A DNA stretch of 32,000 bases from NCBI GenBank assembly GCA_963675915.1, contig OY780959.1:1320001-1352000 (forward strand), in the 5' to 3' direction. Both the position numbers and the translations under genes were made by a program. The DNA comes from Coprobacillaceae bacterium. Its GTDB lineage: Bacteria > Bacillota_I > Bacilli_A > Erysipelotrichales > Coprobacillaceae. Numbering within the stretch: the first letter of the stretch is position 1; every line of letters begins with the position of its first letter. The notes under the pieces were generated by a model. The model worked only from the letters and a program-made list of their open reading frames with translations. It made no database searches and was not told where the DNA came from. Positions 1 to 10,359 of this stretch are shown piece after piece.

Positions 1-233
1 ATTGCGATTTCTTTTAGCAGGGCTTCGATATAATCATGGGCCTCCTTCTCATTGTAGACCACCTTGCAGTAAGGACAAAATTGGCACAGGCTTCGACAAA
101 AAGGAATATGAATATATAATCCCAGATTCTCAGTATCATCGTAATCAATGACTCGGTCATAGGTATTGGAAAAATAGAACGGCTTGAATGATCGGGTCAG
201 CCATATTCTAGCCAATGATGTTATTTTGCTCAT
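1..233 (-). CDS. HemN-family radical SAM protein (oxygen-independent coproporphyrinogen-III-oxidase-like), N-terminal 77 codons only; continues off the left edge
   Basis: Own translation of the minus strand from ATG at 233: MSKITSLARIWLTRSFKPFYFSNTYDRVIDYDDTENLGLYIHIPFCRSLCQFCPYCKVVYNEKEAHDYIEALLKEIA. HIPFCxxxCxxCxYC is the HemN-type CxxxCxxC cluster motif. GGAGGA lies 7 nt upstream (241-246) and overlaps the stop of the upstream gene. Too short for the ORF track. Confidence 0.65.
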   Translation of the reverse strand, partial: MSKITSLARIWLTRSFKPFYFSNTYDRVIDYDDTENLGLYIHIPFCRSLCQFCPYCKVVYNEKEAHDYIEALLKEIA

Positions 234-245
234 ACTGTTTTCCTC

Positions 246-1148
246 CTAGAGATATTTGAGATATGTTATCAACATATCAATAATTACTTTAACCTTGAAA
301 TCAAAAACCAGGGCAAACTCAGCCGCAAAGAAGTAGCCGCACTGTTCACACAGACCTGGCTCATCAATGCATCGCCCACAGGTCCACAGCTTCCCGTTTT
401 CCATCACCGCACACTGATGACAGGGTATTGGAAAGGTATTGTCGATCAGATAGGGAAAGGCGCTCTTGAGATTGAGAACTGGGATTCTAGCATCCATCAG
501 CCCGACTATTTCAGCACAGCATTCCTGCTTATCTTCCTTGGTAAGGGACAACGCTTCTGAGCCGGGATATGGGGTATGGAAATTGAATGCCACCCCGATG
601 ACGTTGTCATGCTCCTTGGTCATTTCACCTACATCCTTGATCAGATTCTTGTTAAGTTGGTTGATTGCCATATAAAAGATGATGTTTTTAGTTGGAGCCT
701 CATCGACATTTATCATGACTGTATCAAAGATATTGCCCCTAATCAGGTTGTGCCTTCTGCGGTCACCATCAATACTGACCAGGATTACATCAGCTTCAGG
801 AACATCGATCGGGCAAGTTCCATTGGTGACGATATTGACAATCGGGAAGCCGATTTCTTTGGCCAAAATGACCAGATCCCGAATCTGATAATCTTGGTCG
901 CGCCAGATAAACGGCTCACCACCATACAAAAAAAGAATCAATGCTCCTTTATGATAAAGCATTTCCATATCACTTTTGATTTGTTTATAGGAATAATCCT
1001 TGGCCACAATATTGTTGACCGAACAATGGCGGCAATTGAGATTGCAGCGGTCGGTCACAATTACTGAACCGATAAGGGGCCGATGCTCTTTTAAAACAAG
1101 TTCCCGTAACCCCAAAGCCGATATCTTTACCAAAGCTGATAATTTCAT
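246..1148 (-). CDS. Radical SAM protein with Cys-rich C-terminal auxiliary-cluster (SPASM/twitch-like) region
   Basis: 300-aa ORF. Contains VTDRCNLNCRHC (CxxxCxxC), the GGEPF SAM-binding motif, and a C-terminal cluster CHQCAVMENGKLWTCGRCIDEPGLCEQCGYF. Translationally coupled to the next radical SAM gene. Confidence 0.85.
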   Translation of the reverse strand: MKLSALVKISALGLRELVLKEHRPLIGSVIVTDRCNLNCRHCSVNNIVAKDYSYKQIKSDMEMLYHKGALILFLYGGEPFIWRDQDYQIRDLVILAKEIGFPIVNIVTNGTCPIDVPEADVILVSIDGDRRRHNLIRGNIFDTVMINVDEAPTKNIIFYMAINQLNKNLIKDVGEMTKEHDNVIGVAFNFHTPYPGSEALSLTKEDKQECCAEIVGLMDARIPVLNLKSAFPYLIDNTFPIPCHQCAVMENGKLWTCGRCIDEPGLCEQCGYFFAAEFALVFDFKVKVIIDMLITYLKYL

Positions 1149-1512
1149 TCCCGTTCGCCTGCCTTTTCAGTTTGTCTTTTCAATTGTCATGATGGATCAT
1201 CTAACTATTATTTATTGGATTGATTTTGGTTGTATTTTTGAATGAAACCGGCTGTAATTTCAATAAAATCCCTTTAGCGACAAGCTTTTAAGATTGATTA
1301 TCGCCAAAAACAATTTCCCAAATCCAGATGCTTCAAACTAAATATCGCAAAACCGCCCTTGTAATCACTTTGTGTCATATGTTATTATATCAGTAAACAT
1401 CGTGTACTTAATTGGCGGTTTTGATAAGTATTTTCAGACTTTTCAATCAAATCAGTAATTAAGTATTATTATGTCGAATTATTGGCAGTCACACCAAAGG
1501 AGATCTATGCAG

Positions 1513-2103
1513 ATGAAAAAAACAATCTTGTCAGCCCTGGTAATATGCTTACTTTTTTCAATAACCGGCTGCGCCAGCACCAACAGCAGCACCGACAAAA
1601 ACCAAATTCAATGGGATGCTTCAAAATTCTATGGAAATATCTTGGAGGCAGGAATAAGCAACAATATCCAATCCCTAGCCATATATACAAAATCAAAGTA
1701 CATTGCCATTGACAATCAAAGTGATGATGGTCAAGCCGTCTTAACCCAAGTGAATGATATTTTGACCGATAAAAGTTCCTTTGATGGCGTGACTAATGGG
1801 GCATTTTTAATTCCTGATGTCGGCAAACCGTTGGATTATCTGACCTATGAAACTTCCTATTTGGTTATCTTTCTTAAAGCAAATCAGGAATATAATCTTA
1901 CCGTCAATGAACCAGACGGCCAACGTCACGTCATGACTTTGGATGTATACGCCATGTCATTCGATTTAAGTTCATCAGAGGTTTGCTTTCTGGACACTGA
2001 TTACTCAATTGACGGTTATTGCTTTTTAAAAAGTTTCGGTCTTAGTTCCAGTTGTTCAGCCCAAGAACTTTCGGCTCTCATCAAAGATATTCAATCCAGG
2101 TGA
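1513..2103 (+). CDS. Hypothetical lipoprotein
   Basis: ORF 1471-2103. MKKTILSALVICLLFSITGC is a signal peptide with a lipobox (ITGC). AAGGAGA at 1497-1503 favours ATG 1513, with ATG 1507 as the alternative. No family recognised. Confidence 0.7.
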   Translation: MKKTILSALVICLLFSITGCASTNSSTDKNQIQWDASKFYGNILEAGISNNIQSLAIYTKSKYIAIDNQSDDGQAVLTQVNDILTDKSSFDGVTNGAFLIPDVGKPLDYLTYETSYLVIFLKANQEYNLTVNEPDGQRHVMTLDVYAMSFDLSSSEVCFLDTDYSIDGYCFLKSFGLSSSCSAQELSALIKDIQSR

Positions 2104-2461
2104 AAATTATAAAATGCAATTCCAGGCAGGAGGATCAATACCACCAACATGAGCACCATGATTGATCAGGGTATCAAAATAAATGATCCTTTATTATAGT
2201 AGCTGCTTTGCGAAATAAGTACTTAGGACACCAGCCGATATCATAAAAAAACATATGGAATCAGGATTATTCAATCACTGATATTATATTGTAATAATTA
2301 TACCATTAATGGTTCACTCAGTAAATAGATGTTACCTTTTTCAAATCCTGCAACTTTCGTAATGAGAAAATATGCAACCCTTTACCTAAATTTCTCTATA
2401 ATTGTAAAAGAATTATGATTACGAAACTGGATTTACTGATCAAATTAGAGAAAGAGGGTAA

Positions 2462-3946
<1,485 letters not shown>

Positions 3947-3962
3947 TATCTAAGATATGCTT

Positions 3963-3988
3963 AAAGCCCACTTGTAATAGTGGGCTTT
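3963..3988. terminator. Bidirectional intrinsic terminator between the convergent GH1 and mgsA genes
   Basis: aaagcccac-ttgtaata-gtgggcttt hairpin, followed by a T-run on the plus strand. Confidence 0.7.
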
Positions 3989-4012
3989 TTGGCGCATTCA
4001 TATTTTCTTATC

Positions 4013-4501
4013 CTAGTCCAGATCCTGCTTTAGTGCCTTGGCTCTGGAAGCAACATTATAGGCAAAATCAATAATTTCATGGGTATAGACTTCATTCATG
4101 TATTTTGACTGAATCATGAAATCAGCCGAAGCCTTGTTGTTGGCGATGGGGATGTCGTACAACTGGGCAATTCTCAGGACGGCTTTGACATCCGGATCAT
4201 GAGGGGCTGCCGTCAACGGATCGGCAAAGAATATGACAAAATCAATCTTACCTTCGACAATTTTGGCTCCCACTTGCAGATCCCCGCCCAAAGGACCACT
4301 GTTGTAGCCATGGACACTAAGCCCAGTGGCTTCACTGATCATCCTTGAAGTCGTTCCGGTGCCAAAAAGATCATGGGCTTTTAAAATTTCCAAATTATCC
4401 AGACACCACTTGATCAACTCACCTTTTTTGGCATCATGGGCAATCAAAGCAATATTCTTCTTAATTCCTATTTCCAGTTCAATCATCTTATTTTCAATCA
4501 T
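4013..4501 (-). CDS. mgsA: Methylglyoxal synthase
   Basis: Motifs IALIAHDAKK, GTGTTS, SGPLGGDLQ and DPLTAAPHDPDV. The track ORF starts at a TTG (4513), but ATG 4501 sits 5 nt after GGAGG (4507-4511). Confidence 0.92.
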   Translation of the reverse strand: MIENKMIELEIGIKKNIALIAHDAKKGELIKWCLDNLEILKAHDLFGTGTTSRMISEATGLSVHGYNSGPLGGDLQVGAKIVEGKIDFVIFFADPLTAAPHDPDVKAVLRIAQLYDIPIANNKASADFMIQSKYMNEVYTHEIIDFAYNVASRAKALKQDLD

Positions 4502-4570
4502 GTTAACCTCCAAATTATTTATTTAGTTCCCTAGATAAGTTCTAAAGTTCAATTAATTTAATCAAAACAG

Positions 4571-5668
4571 CTACAGGTCAATAATCCGGGGTTCACTCGC
4601 ATACTCCGATAGTTCCACCGACCAGTATCCCGCCCATTCAACTGCCTGGTCGTGGGATGGGTGGTCGGGATCCATCATAATTTCCCTAAACTGGATGAAA
4701 CCAGGAACTCCGCCAACATCTTCCGGTGGCGTTTGACCGGTTGCTTCAACCAGATAAGGAGATTCTTCCTGGTAATTATCGATCACCTGAAGCAGTTCGA
4801 TGTGATGTTCCCAGTTGTCTCCGTAATCATAAGTGTAGACCATCTCCTGATACTCAGGGAAGTACTCATCGAGCCGGGCATTATCGATTAAGACCGCATT
4901 GGGAATATAGCTGAGATCTTCGGGTGAAGTAACCAAGACCGCGGCTCTTTCCTTGGTTTGGTTGTCGAGAATGGAAAAATCAAACATATGGGAATTAGAC
5001 CAGCGAAAAACACGCTGGAGGATCCTGTGGAGCCTTTCGAAGCGGATATTAGCAGGAACTATAATCCGGCGCCGGGCTTGGTAGACACCCAAGTCGAGGG
5101 TCGCCATCAACTCAAAAGCACGGTAATGATAAACCGGCATTCCGGTCAGTTCAGCCAAGGCCTTTTTCATTTCCCGGTCAGGCCGCGTGTACTCCTTACT
5201 GTTTGGCAGTTTGAAATGCAACCGGCTGGAAAACGTTCCGATTGTATCGTTATACATCTTGGCTATCCCATTGTATTCTTCAGCGACATAGTAGCCCGAT
5301 TCCTGCCCGTGACTGTTGACCCAAGCGGTACGTTGACGGGAAGAATTCTTGACAAAATCGACCTCCCCTGCCAATCTAAGATATTCACTGACCATTTCGG
5401 GATTGATTCCCAACTCCAGCAAGGTGTTTTCAATCGCTTTAATCATCATTTGGTCGACTTTTTTTAGATGGCGTTTCTTGACTTGATAGATCGCCACGGT
5501 CAATCTGGTCGCATTGTTGACCAGCACCAACATATCCGGGGTCCGGCTGTTGCTCCACACTTTGACCCAGTTGGCCGTCCACGAGAAAAGCGGATTGATT
5601 GTTTCGTCATATTGAGGTGGCTTTACCGCCATGGCGTCCGCCAATTTCTTAGTTAATGCAATCTGCAT
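4571..5668 (-). CDS. DUF6933-like N-terminus fused to a plasmid pRiA4b ORF-3-like (PF07929-type) domain; function unknown
   Basis: 365-aa ORF. YTYDYGDNWEHHIELL and PPEDVGGVPGF match the signature I recall for the pRiA4b ORF-3 family. AAGGAGA RBS 7 nt upstream. Confidence 0.8.
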   Translation of the reverse strand: MQIALTKKLADAMAVKPPQYDETINPLFSWTANWVKVWSNSRTPDMLVLVNNATRLTVAIYQVKKRHLKKVDQMMIKAIENTLLELGINPEMVSEYLRLAGEVDFVKNSSRQRTAWVNSHGQESGYYVAEEYNGIAKMYNDTIGTFSSRLHFKLPNSKEYTRPDREMKKALAELTGMPVYHYRAFELMATLDLGVYQARRRIIVPANIRFERLHRILQRVFRWSNSHMFDFSILDNQTKERAAVLVTSPEDLSYIPNAVLIDNARLDEYFPEYQEMVYTYDYGDNWEHHIELLQVIDNYQEESPYLVEATGQTPPEDVGGVPGFIQFREIMMDPDHPSHDQAVEWAGYWSVELSEYASEPRIIDL

Positions 5669-5758
5669 AATTCATTCTCCTTTGATTGTTTATCCCAATT
5701 AATTTTTATGCCATTAAAAGGTTTTGGCACTTAATGAATCTTCATTAATAATTTCACT

Positions 5759-6256
5759 TCAAAAATCCAATCCGTCAATCATGATTTCATCATAACTGGC
5801 ATCTTCATCGCCTGCTTCAAATCCCAACTGCAAAGCTTCAGCCTCGAGTTTTTGATGATATCGTTTGATTGACTTAAGCCACTTTCTTTTGTTGCGTTTG
5901 ATTGTTTCTGCAAGCTTTGTGTATTGGTCTTGATCCACCAAACCCTTTTTCATCATCCAATAATAAAACTTCTTGATAGTGTTGGATTTAGAGTGAATAT
6001 CTCTTTCAGTCAAAAACCAGGCCTTCTTTATGTACCAAGAATTGAAAAAATAATCAACCTTGTCAATCCCCTCAACCATCGGACAGGGCGGATAATAACA
6101 AAGATAGCAATTGAGGTATAACTCAAGAGTTTCCAGATTTAGTTCGATTTTATTTTCCTTAAGTCCCTGTTGCACCAAATAATCCCGGTACAGTTTGAGA
6201 TAATGGCTGTTTTCTTTTCTGATGTCTCTAATAACATCTGCATTATTCTTCATCAT
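5759..6256 (-). CDS. Hypothetical protein (helical, acidic C-terminal tail)
   Basis: 165-aa ORF with an AAGGAGA RBS. It only vaguely resembles integrase N-terminal SAM-like/core-binding domains (YLKLYRDYLVQQGL...). No catalytic motifs. Confidence 0.6.
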   Translation of the reverse strand: MMKNNADVIRDIRKENSHYLKLYRDYLVQQGLKENKIELNLETLELYLNCYLCYYPPCPMVEGIDKVDYFFNSWYIKKAWFLTERDIHSKSNTIKKFYYWMMKKGLVDQDQYTKLAETIKRNKRKWLKSIKRYHQKLEAEALQLGFEAGDEDASYDEIMIDGLDF

Positions 6257-6332
6257 GATTTTCTCCTTACTTGTGATTTAATCAAAAATTTTACCCTGCC
6301 ACGTACCTGTTTGGCTTACCGTACTTCAAGCT

Positions 6333-6755
6333 TCAGCTCTCTTCGCATTCGATACCATTATCTTGGCACCATGACTTCGCGATTTCAACATATTTTTCAT
6401 CCCGATAACGATACCATGCATCAGCCAGATGGAATTGGTGCACCTTGGTTTTGAATCTGCTAAAGGCTCCCCGACCATGCAGGGATGATTCCAAATTATT
6501 TTTTGCACTGCCCTCAGGGAGCGAATCCACGAAATCTTCCATCATCGAGTATTCATCAATCGCAAACCGATCAGGCAAACGGAGATAGTCATCCCAGTTT
6601 TCTTCAAGATTTTCTCCCAATTCCTCATCGACAAAGCCCGTGATCATGTAATCGCCCCGCATGACGATTTTCTCACTGGGTTTATGATAATAAAAAACGA
6701 ATTCCTCACAGGCCGACTCCAAAGCTTCAATAACATCGAACAATTTAACTTTCAT
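6333..6755 (-). CDS. UPF0158-family-like protein
   Basis: 140-aa ORF. The pattern LPDRFAIDEYSMMEDFV...GRGAFSRFKTKV...WYRYR matches my recollection of UPF0158 (PF03682). Confidence 0.7.
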   Translation of the reverse strand: MKVKLFDVIEALESACEEFVFYYHKPSEKIVMRGDYMITGFVDEELGENLEENWDDYLRLPDRFAIDEYSMMEDFVDSLPEGSAKNNLESSLHGRGAFSRFKTKVHQFHLADAWYRYRDEKYVEIAKSWCQDNGIECEES

Positions 6756-6888
6756 ACCTTTATCCCTTCCCTGACTTTTAACTACAGTAATACCATTAAA
6801 TTTCTTTAATAACCAAGCAAAATTAATCTCGATACCAAACTAAACAATCTTTACTTATCTGAATTGCACCTATTATCGACAAGACCAA

Positions 6889-8568
6889 TTATTTGAATAC
6901 TTGATTAAGTTCTTCCATCATCGCCCGACGCCGACGGTAATCTTCACGCCATCTGGAAACGATACTATTGACAAGATCTTCGCCTCCCTGGAATTTTTTC
7001 ATTTTTACCAGCAAAGTTACCATTTCCCGGTAACGGCCCCGGTTTGATGAAACTTGTGCCATATTATCAAGTTCCAATGCGTATTTATTAAGAATTTGGC
7101 GCGAGTATTCCGGTTTTAAGACCTGTTCGTATTCAAAGACAAGACTTAGTCCAGGACGCTCATAAACATACCCCATCAAACGTCCATACAGCTTGTCCTC
7201 GTTTAACAGCGGGGCAATATTAATGTGTCTTGGCAATCCCAGCAAGATCCGATCACGCAGTCGGGTCCATTCCTGATGATCATATTGGGATTTGAGCTCC
7301 TGATACAGGTCAAGATTGCCCGGTTCATCGTTAAGAGCAAGTTGCCACAGTTGACTTATATAGTTATTCTTATCCCCTGATTTGCGATACAAATCCTTGA
7401 GTTGAACACTGTAGCTAGCCACAAGATGGCGAGAATCATGATCAATCTCTTGGCTTTCATGCAAGATTTCAATCGCTTTGGCATAGTCGTTTTTTTCAAT
7501 GCACTTGTCAACATAGAATTGGCGCACCGCAACAATATTCCAGTATTTTCGATAAACTTCTTCAAACTTAGGACTAGAAACTCGACTTCGTTCAAGCAGT
7601 TCCAGATAGCTTAAAGCCCATTTATCCTGATAATACGCCAGCGGCCAAGTTTCTTGTTCATACACCCGGGTTGCTTGGTTCAGTTTTTCTTTAACCAATT
7701 CCAATCGTTCATTCTGGAATTCCGGCTCATCAAAGTCACCTAGCAGCATTTTGTCAAAGAAATCATCCGGAAGATCGTAGTTATCATGATTGACTCCGAT
7801 TTTTACCCAGTCATAGATTTCCTTTTTAAGTTTCAAATCACAGACTGCAACTATTTCATCCAGATAATGGCGGCATTTTTCGCAAATTTTGTAAGTCCCC
7901 CCGTCCGAATCATCTATTTCCAAGTGGCGGGTTTCCTTAATGATCAACTCTATCAGTTTGAATGCCTGGCTGTAATCCCTTATTTCCACTAACATGGCAA
8001 TATTATTATCAATAAAGCCCAGCACTTCCAAAACAAATTCATCAGCCTCTCGATAATCGATAAATCCGGCCATTCCCGCATGAACATCAACAATGCTTAT
8101 GAATTCACTCTTATAGCTAGAAAGACTTCTATGGGCAATCCCGCCATAGATAAAGTTGTGGAATTTGTCTTTTATTACAGTATCATGTTTAATCAATTCA
8201 TTAACAAATTTTCTCAAGATCATCTGATCAACCCGGTCTACCAGATTATCAGGATCTTCTGATGACCTGTCATTGCCAGTTTTGGTATCTGGATGATATT
8301 TGAAATTTTCCCGATCCTGATAGTACTCATAAAGCACCGCCGCCATGTGTTTGCAATGATGGCCCGAAAGAGCATGGGGACAGTCACACTCCATCTCAAT
8401 CACATCACCCATCTCATCAAAATCCACCCTGACATCATATTCATCACTACCAACAACCCGAGCTATAATCTGATCATCACCTTCTGACAACAACGAGACT
8501 TTGCCCGCCAAGAAATAATCATACCCTCTTCTTAAAATATGTCGGGCAAACAGTTTTTCCCAATCCAT
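6889..8568 (-). CDS. SWIM zinc-finger protein with a long helical-repeat C-terminal region
   Basis: 559-aa ORF. CDCPHALSGHHCKHMAAVL is the CxCxnCxH SWIM motif, near the N-terminus. GGAGGA RBS 5 nt upstream. Confidence 0.85.
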   Translation of the reverse strand: MDWEKLFARHILRRGYDYFLAGKVSLLSEGDDQIIARVVGSDEYDVRVDFDEMGDVIEMECDCPHALSGHHCKHMAAVLYEYYQDRENFKYHPDTKTGNDRSSEDPDNLVDRVDQMILRKFVNELIKHDTVIKDKFHNFIYGGIAHRSLSSYKSEFISIVDVHAGMAGFIDYREADEFVLEVLGFIDNNIAMLVEIRDYSQAFKLIELIIKETRHLEIDDSDGGTYKICEKCRHYLDEIVAVCDLKLKKEIYDWVKIGVNHDNYDLPDDFFDKMLLGDFDEPEFQNERLELVKEKLNQATRVYEQETWPLAYYQDKWALSYLELLERSRVSSPKFEEVYRKYWNIVAVRQFYVDKCIEKNDYAKAIEILHESQEIDHDSRHLVASYSVQLKDLYRKSGDKNNYISQLWQLALNDEPGNLDLYQELKSQYDHQEWTRLRDRILLGLPRHINIAPLLNEDKLYGRLMGYVYERPGLSLVFEYEQVLKPEYSRQILNKYALELDNMAQVSSNRGRYREMVTLLVKMKKFQGGEDLVNSIVSRWREDYRRRRAMMEELNQVFK

Positions 8569-8728
8569 CTTTTTCCTCCAGCTAAAAGTATCTACTCTAA
8601 TGGTACACTATTAGAATTTCCAATGCTACCCAAACCAGCTAAAACCCCAATAAATATCCGTTTTCTCAAGTAGTCAACGGCTGATTGTCTCTTGCATGAA
8701 CTTATAAAAATATAATATTATAATCCTA

Positions 8729-9063
8729 TTACAGAGTAACTGCAGCGTGCATTCCCCTACGGACTGCGCCCCTGACTTTACCAACTTTATCACAATCACC
8801 GATCAGGGTAACTTTGTCATGGTATTTGTCATCAATTGCTTGGGCAATTGCAGTATTTGCTTTCATTCCAAATGAGATGACAACGGTAGTTCCTTCATCG
8901 AAGACTCTTCACCTTTTTCATTCAAGGCACTGAGCTCGCTTTCCATGATTCCCACTACTTTATGGCTAGTAAAGATATCAACCCCACTAGCATCAATGAT
9001 GCTTTGTTGATGAAGTGATCTTGAATTGCTACTTCTGGCAATATTTCAATAACTGCTACTTTT
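8729..9063 (-). pseudogene. Relic copy of the last ~115 codons of the reductase gene at 11087-13024
   Basis: By-eye alignment to 11087-11440 shows high identity. It carries a 1-nt deletion (gaagactcttcacc versus gaaaacttcttcacc), a ~13-nt deletion and a CAA-to-TAA change. Three-frame reading gives KVAVIEILPEVAIQDHFINKASL / SHKVVGIMESELSALNEKGEE / VVISFGMKANTAIAQAIDDKYHDKVTLIGDCDKVGKV. No ORF of 60 aa or more in the track. Confidence 0.85.
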
Positions 9064-9096
9064 ATTGTTAATCGCGGTTAATTAAAATTCATCAAA

Positions 9097-9713
9097 CTAA
9101 TAACCAAAGCTGCCTTCTATAAAAATAACTTTTATTCTGTCCTTATTGAATTGCCCGGTAATGCATACAAAATCATTGCATATTCTTTCTTTACTATTAC
9201 AATCTATACATCGTCCAAGTTTTACGCAGGGAGTTTTTTTACCTAATCTTTTTGCATCCAATGGGGCTGCTACCTGCCTCATTCTTTGAATAGCTTCTTG
9301 GGAAGATGACACTATCTTGTTTGTTTCAGCTACCAAAATAATTTGCTCCGGACCGTATATGATTGGAGCAACTCTACTACCATTACCATCAATGAAATGC
9401 AGTTCTCCTCCACTTGTTACTGCATTGACTCCAGATAAAAATGTATTTGCTCTAAAATTTTGTAGATATATTTCTCGTTTATCTTCCGATTTTGATCAGC
9501 CAGATGTTTGTCTAGGAATCGGTAATTCCCTTTTCTAATAGATTCGAAAACCTTGGCCTCCTCTAGGGTTACCGAATCTCCGCAACCGATTATTTCTCCT
9601 TCTTTGAGCAATGATTTAATTGTAGCGATTAATTGCTCGCTATTTTGGACATAATATCCTGTCATATTATGTTTTTTGAGATTCTCTATTGTTTTTTTGA
9701 CTATTTCATCCAT
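9097..9713 (-). pseudogene. LUD-domain (LutC/YkgG-like, DUF162) gene with one frameshift
   Basis: ORFs 9417-9713 and 9097-9336 are the N- and C-terminal parts of one LUD protein. The second frame is open from about 9440 (FLSGVNAVTSGGELHFIDGNGSRVAPIIYGPEQIILVAETNKIV...). The shift maps to the A5 run at 9437-9441. The C-terminus CVKLGRCIDCNSKERICNDF...DRIKVIFIEGSFGY is typical of the family. Confidence 0.75.
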
Positions 9714-9779
9714 GATTATTCACTTCCTAGTGTTCTGATTAAAATTTATAGTACTGCATTTGATAATATAAAGTATTTC

Positions 9780-10303
9780 TTATTTCTTGTTTTTTTGAAT
9801 ATTAATTCGGTACTCAAGGGATTCATAGCTTCTCTTCTCTGTTTCCACGAAATGCTCACCACTATTTTGAAATTCAAATCCAAGTCTTTCAATTAATTTT
9901 TTTGATTCAATATTTTCTTTAAAGCAACAAGCCCAGACAAAGCCTATATCCTTGGTTTCCAGATATTCAATGACTGCCTTTACCGTCTCACTCATATAAC
10001 CCTGATGCTGAAACCTTTGGTTCAAGGCAAATCCTAACTCTCTTGTATCTTTTCGGTCTGCTTCGGAATCAGGTTTAATAGCAATATAGCCGTCACCATG
10101 GCAGTTTCTTTCAAGACAATAGCAAAATGGATTCCATAAGTGATCCAATTAGCTACTCTATCTCTACTTTCTTCAATTCTTGTAAAGGTTGGAGCCAAAC
10201 CACATGGTTGCATAACTTCCGTTTGGACAAATAATTCATGCATATCGTATACATCATCCATACTGAAACGGCGAATATATAGCCGTTCTGTCTCAATATT
10301 CAA
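9780..10303 (-). pseudogene. GNAT (RimJ/RimL-like) N-acetyltransferase with one frameshift
   Basis: ORFs 10034-10303 (TTG start 7 nt after GAGGAG) and 9780-10148 overlap in different frames. The sense reading switches from ...FAIVLKETA to HGDGYIAIKPDSEADRKDTRELGFALNQRFQHQGY around 10095-10106. Confidence 0.75.
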
Positions 10304-10359
10304 TATTTTTCTCCTCTAAAAGCAAATTATAAAAATAATGCTTTAAATCTGTTTACATA

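Noticed and set aside
576-1067. 163-aa plus-strand ORF (with 466-675 and 679-888) inside the radical-SAM gene
   Set aside because: Entirely antisense to a well-supported radical-SAM CDS. It has no RBS and no recognisable motifs, and is a typical shadow ORF.
1348-1423. 10-bp inverted repeat CAAAACCGCC/GGCGGTTTTG spanning 76 nt (tRNA-sized)
   Set aside because: No D-arm, anticodon-arm or T-loop (GTTCGAATC-like) features. The 56-nt interior is AT-rich and contains a plausible promoter (TTGTAA-18-TATTAT) for the lipoprotein gene. Not enough to call an RNA gene or riboswitch.
4958-5467. 169-aa plus-strand ORF antisense to the pRiA4b-ORF3-like gene
   Set aside because: Long, but its composition is Arg/Pro/Gly-skewed and low-complexity, as expected for the reverse frame of a real gene. 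No Shine-Dalgarno site, and the opposite strand carries clear family motifs.
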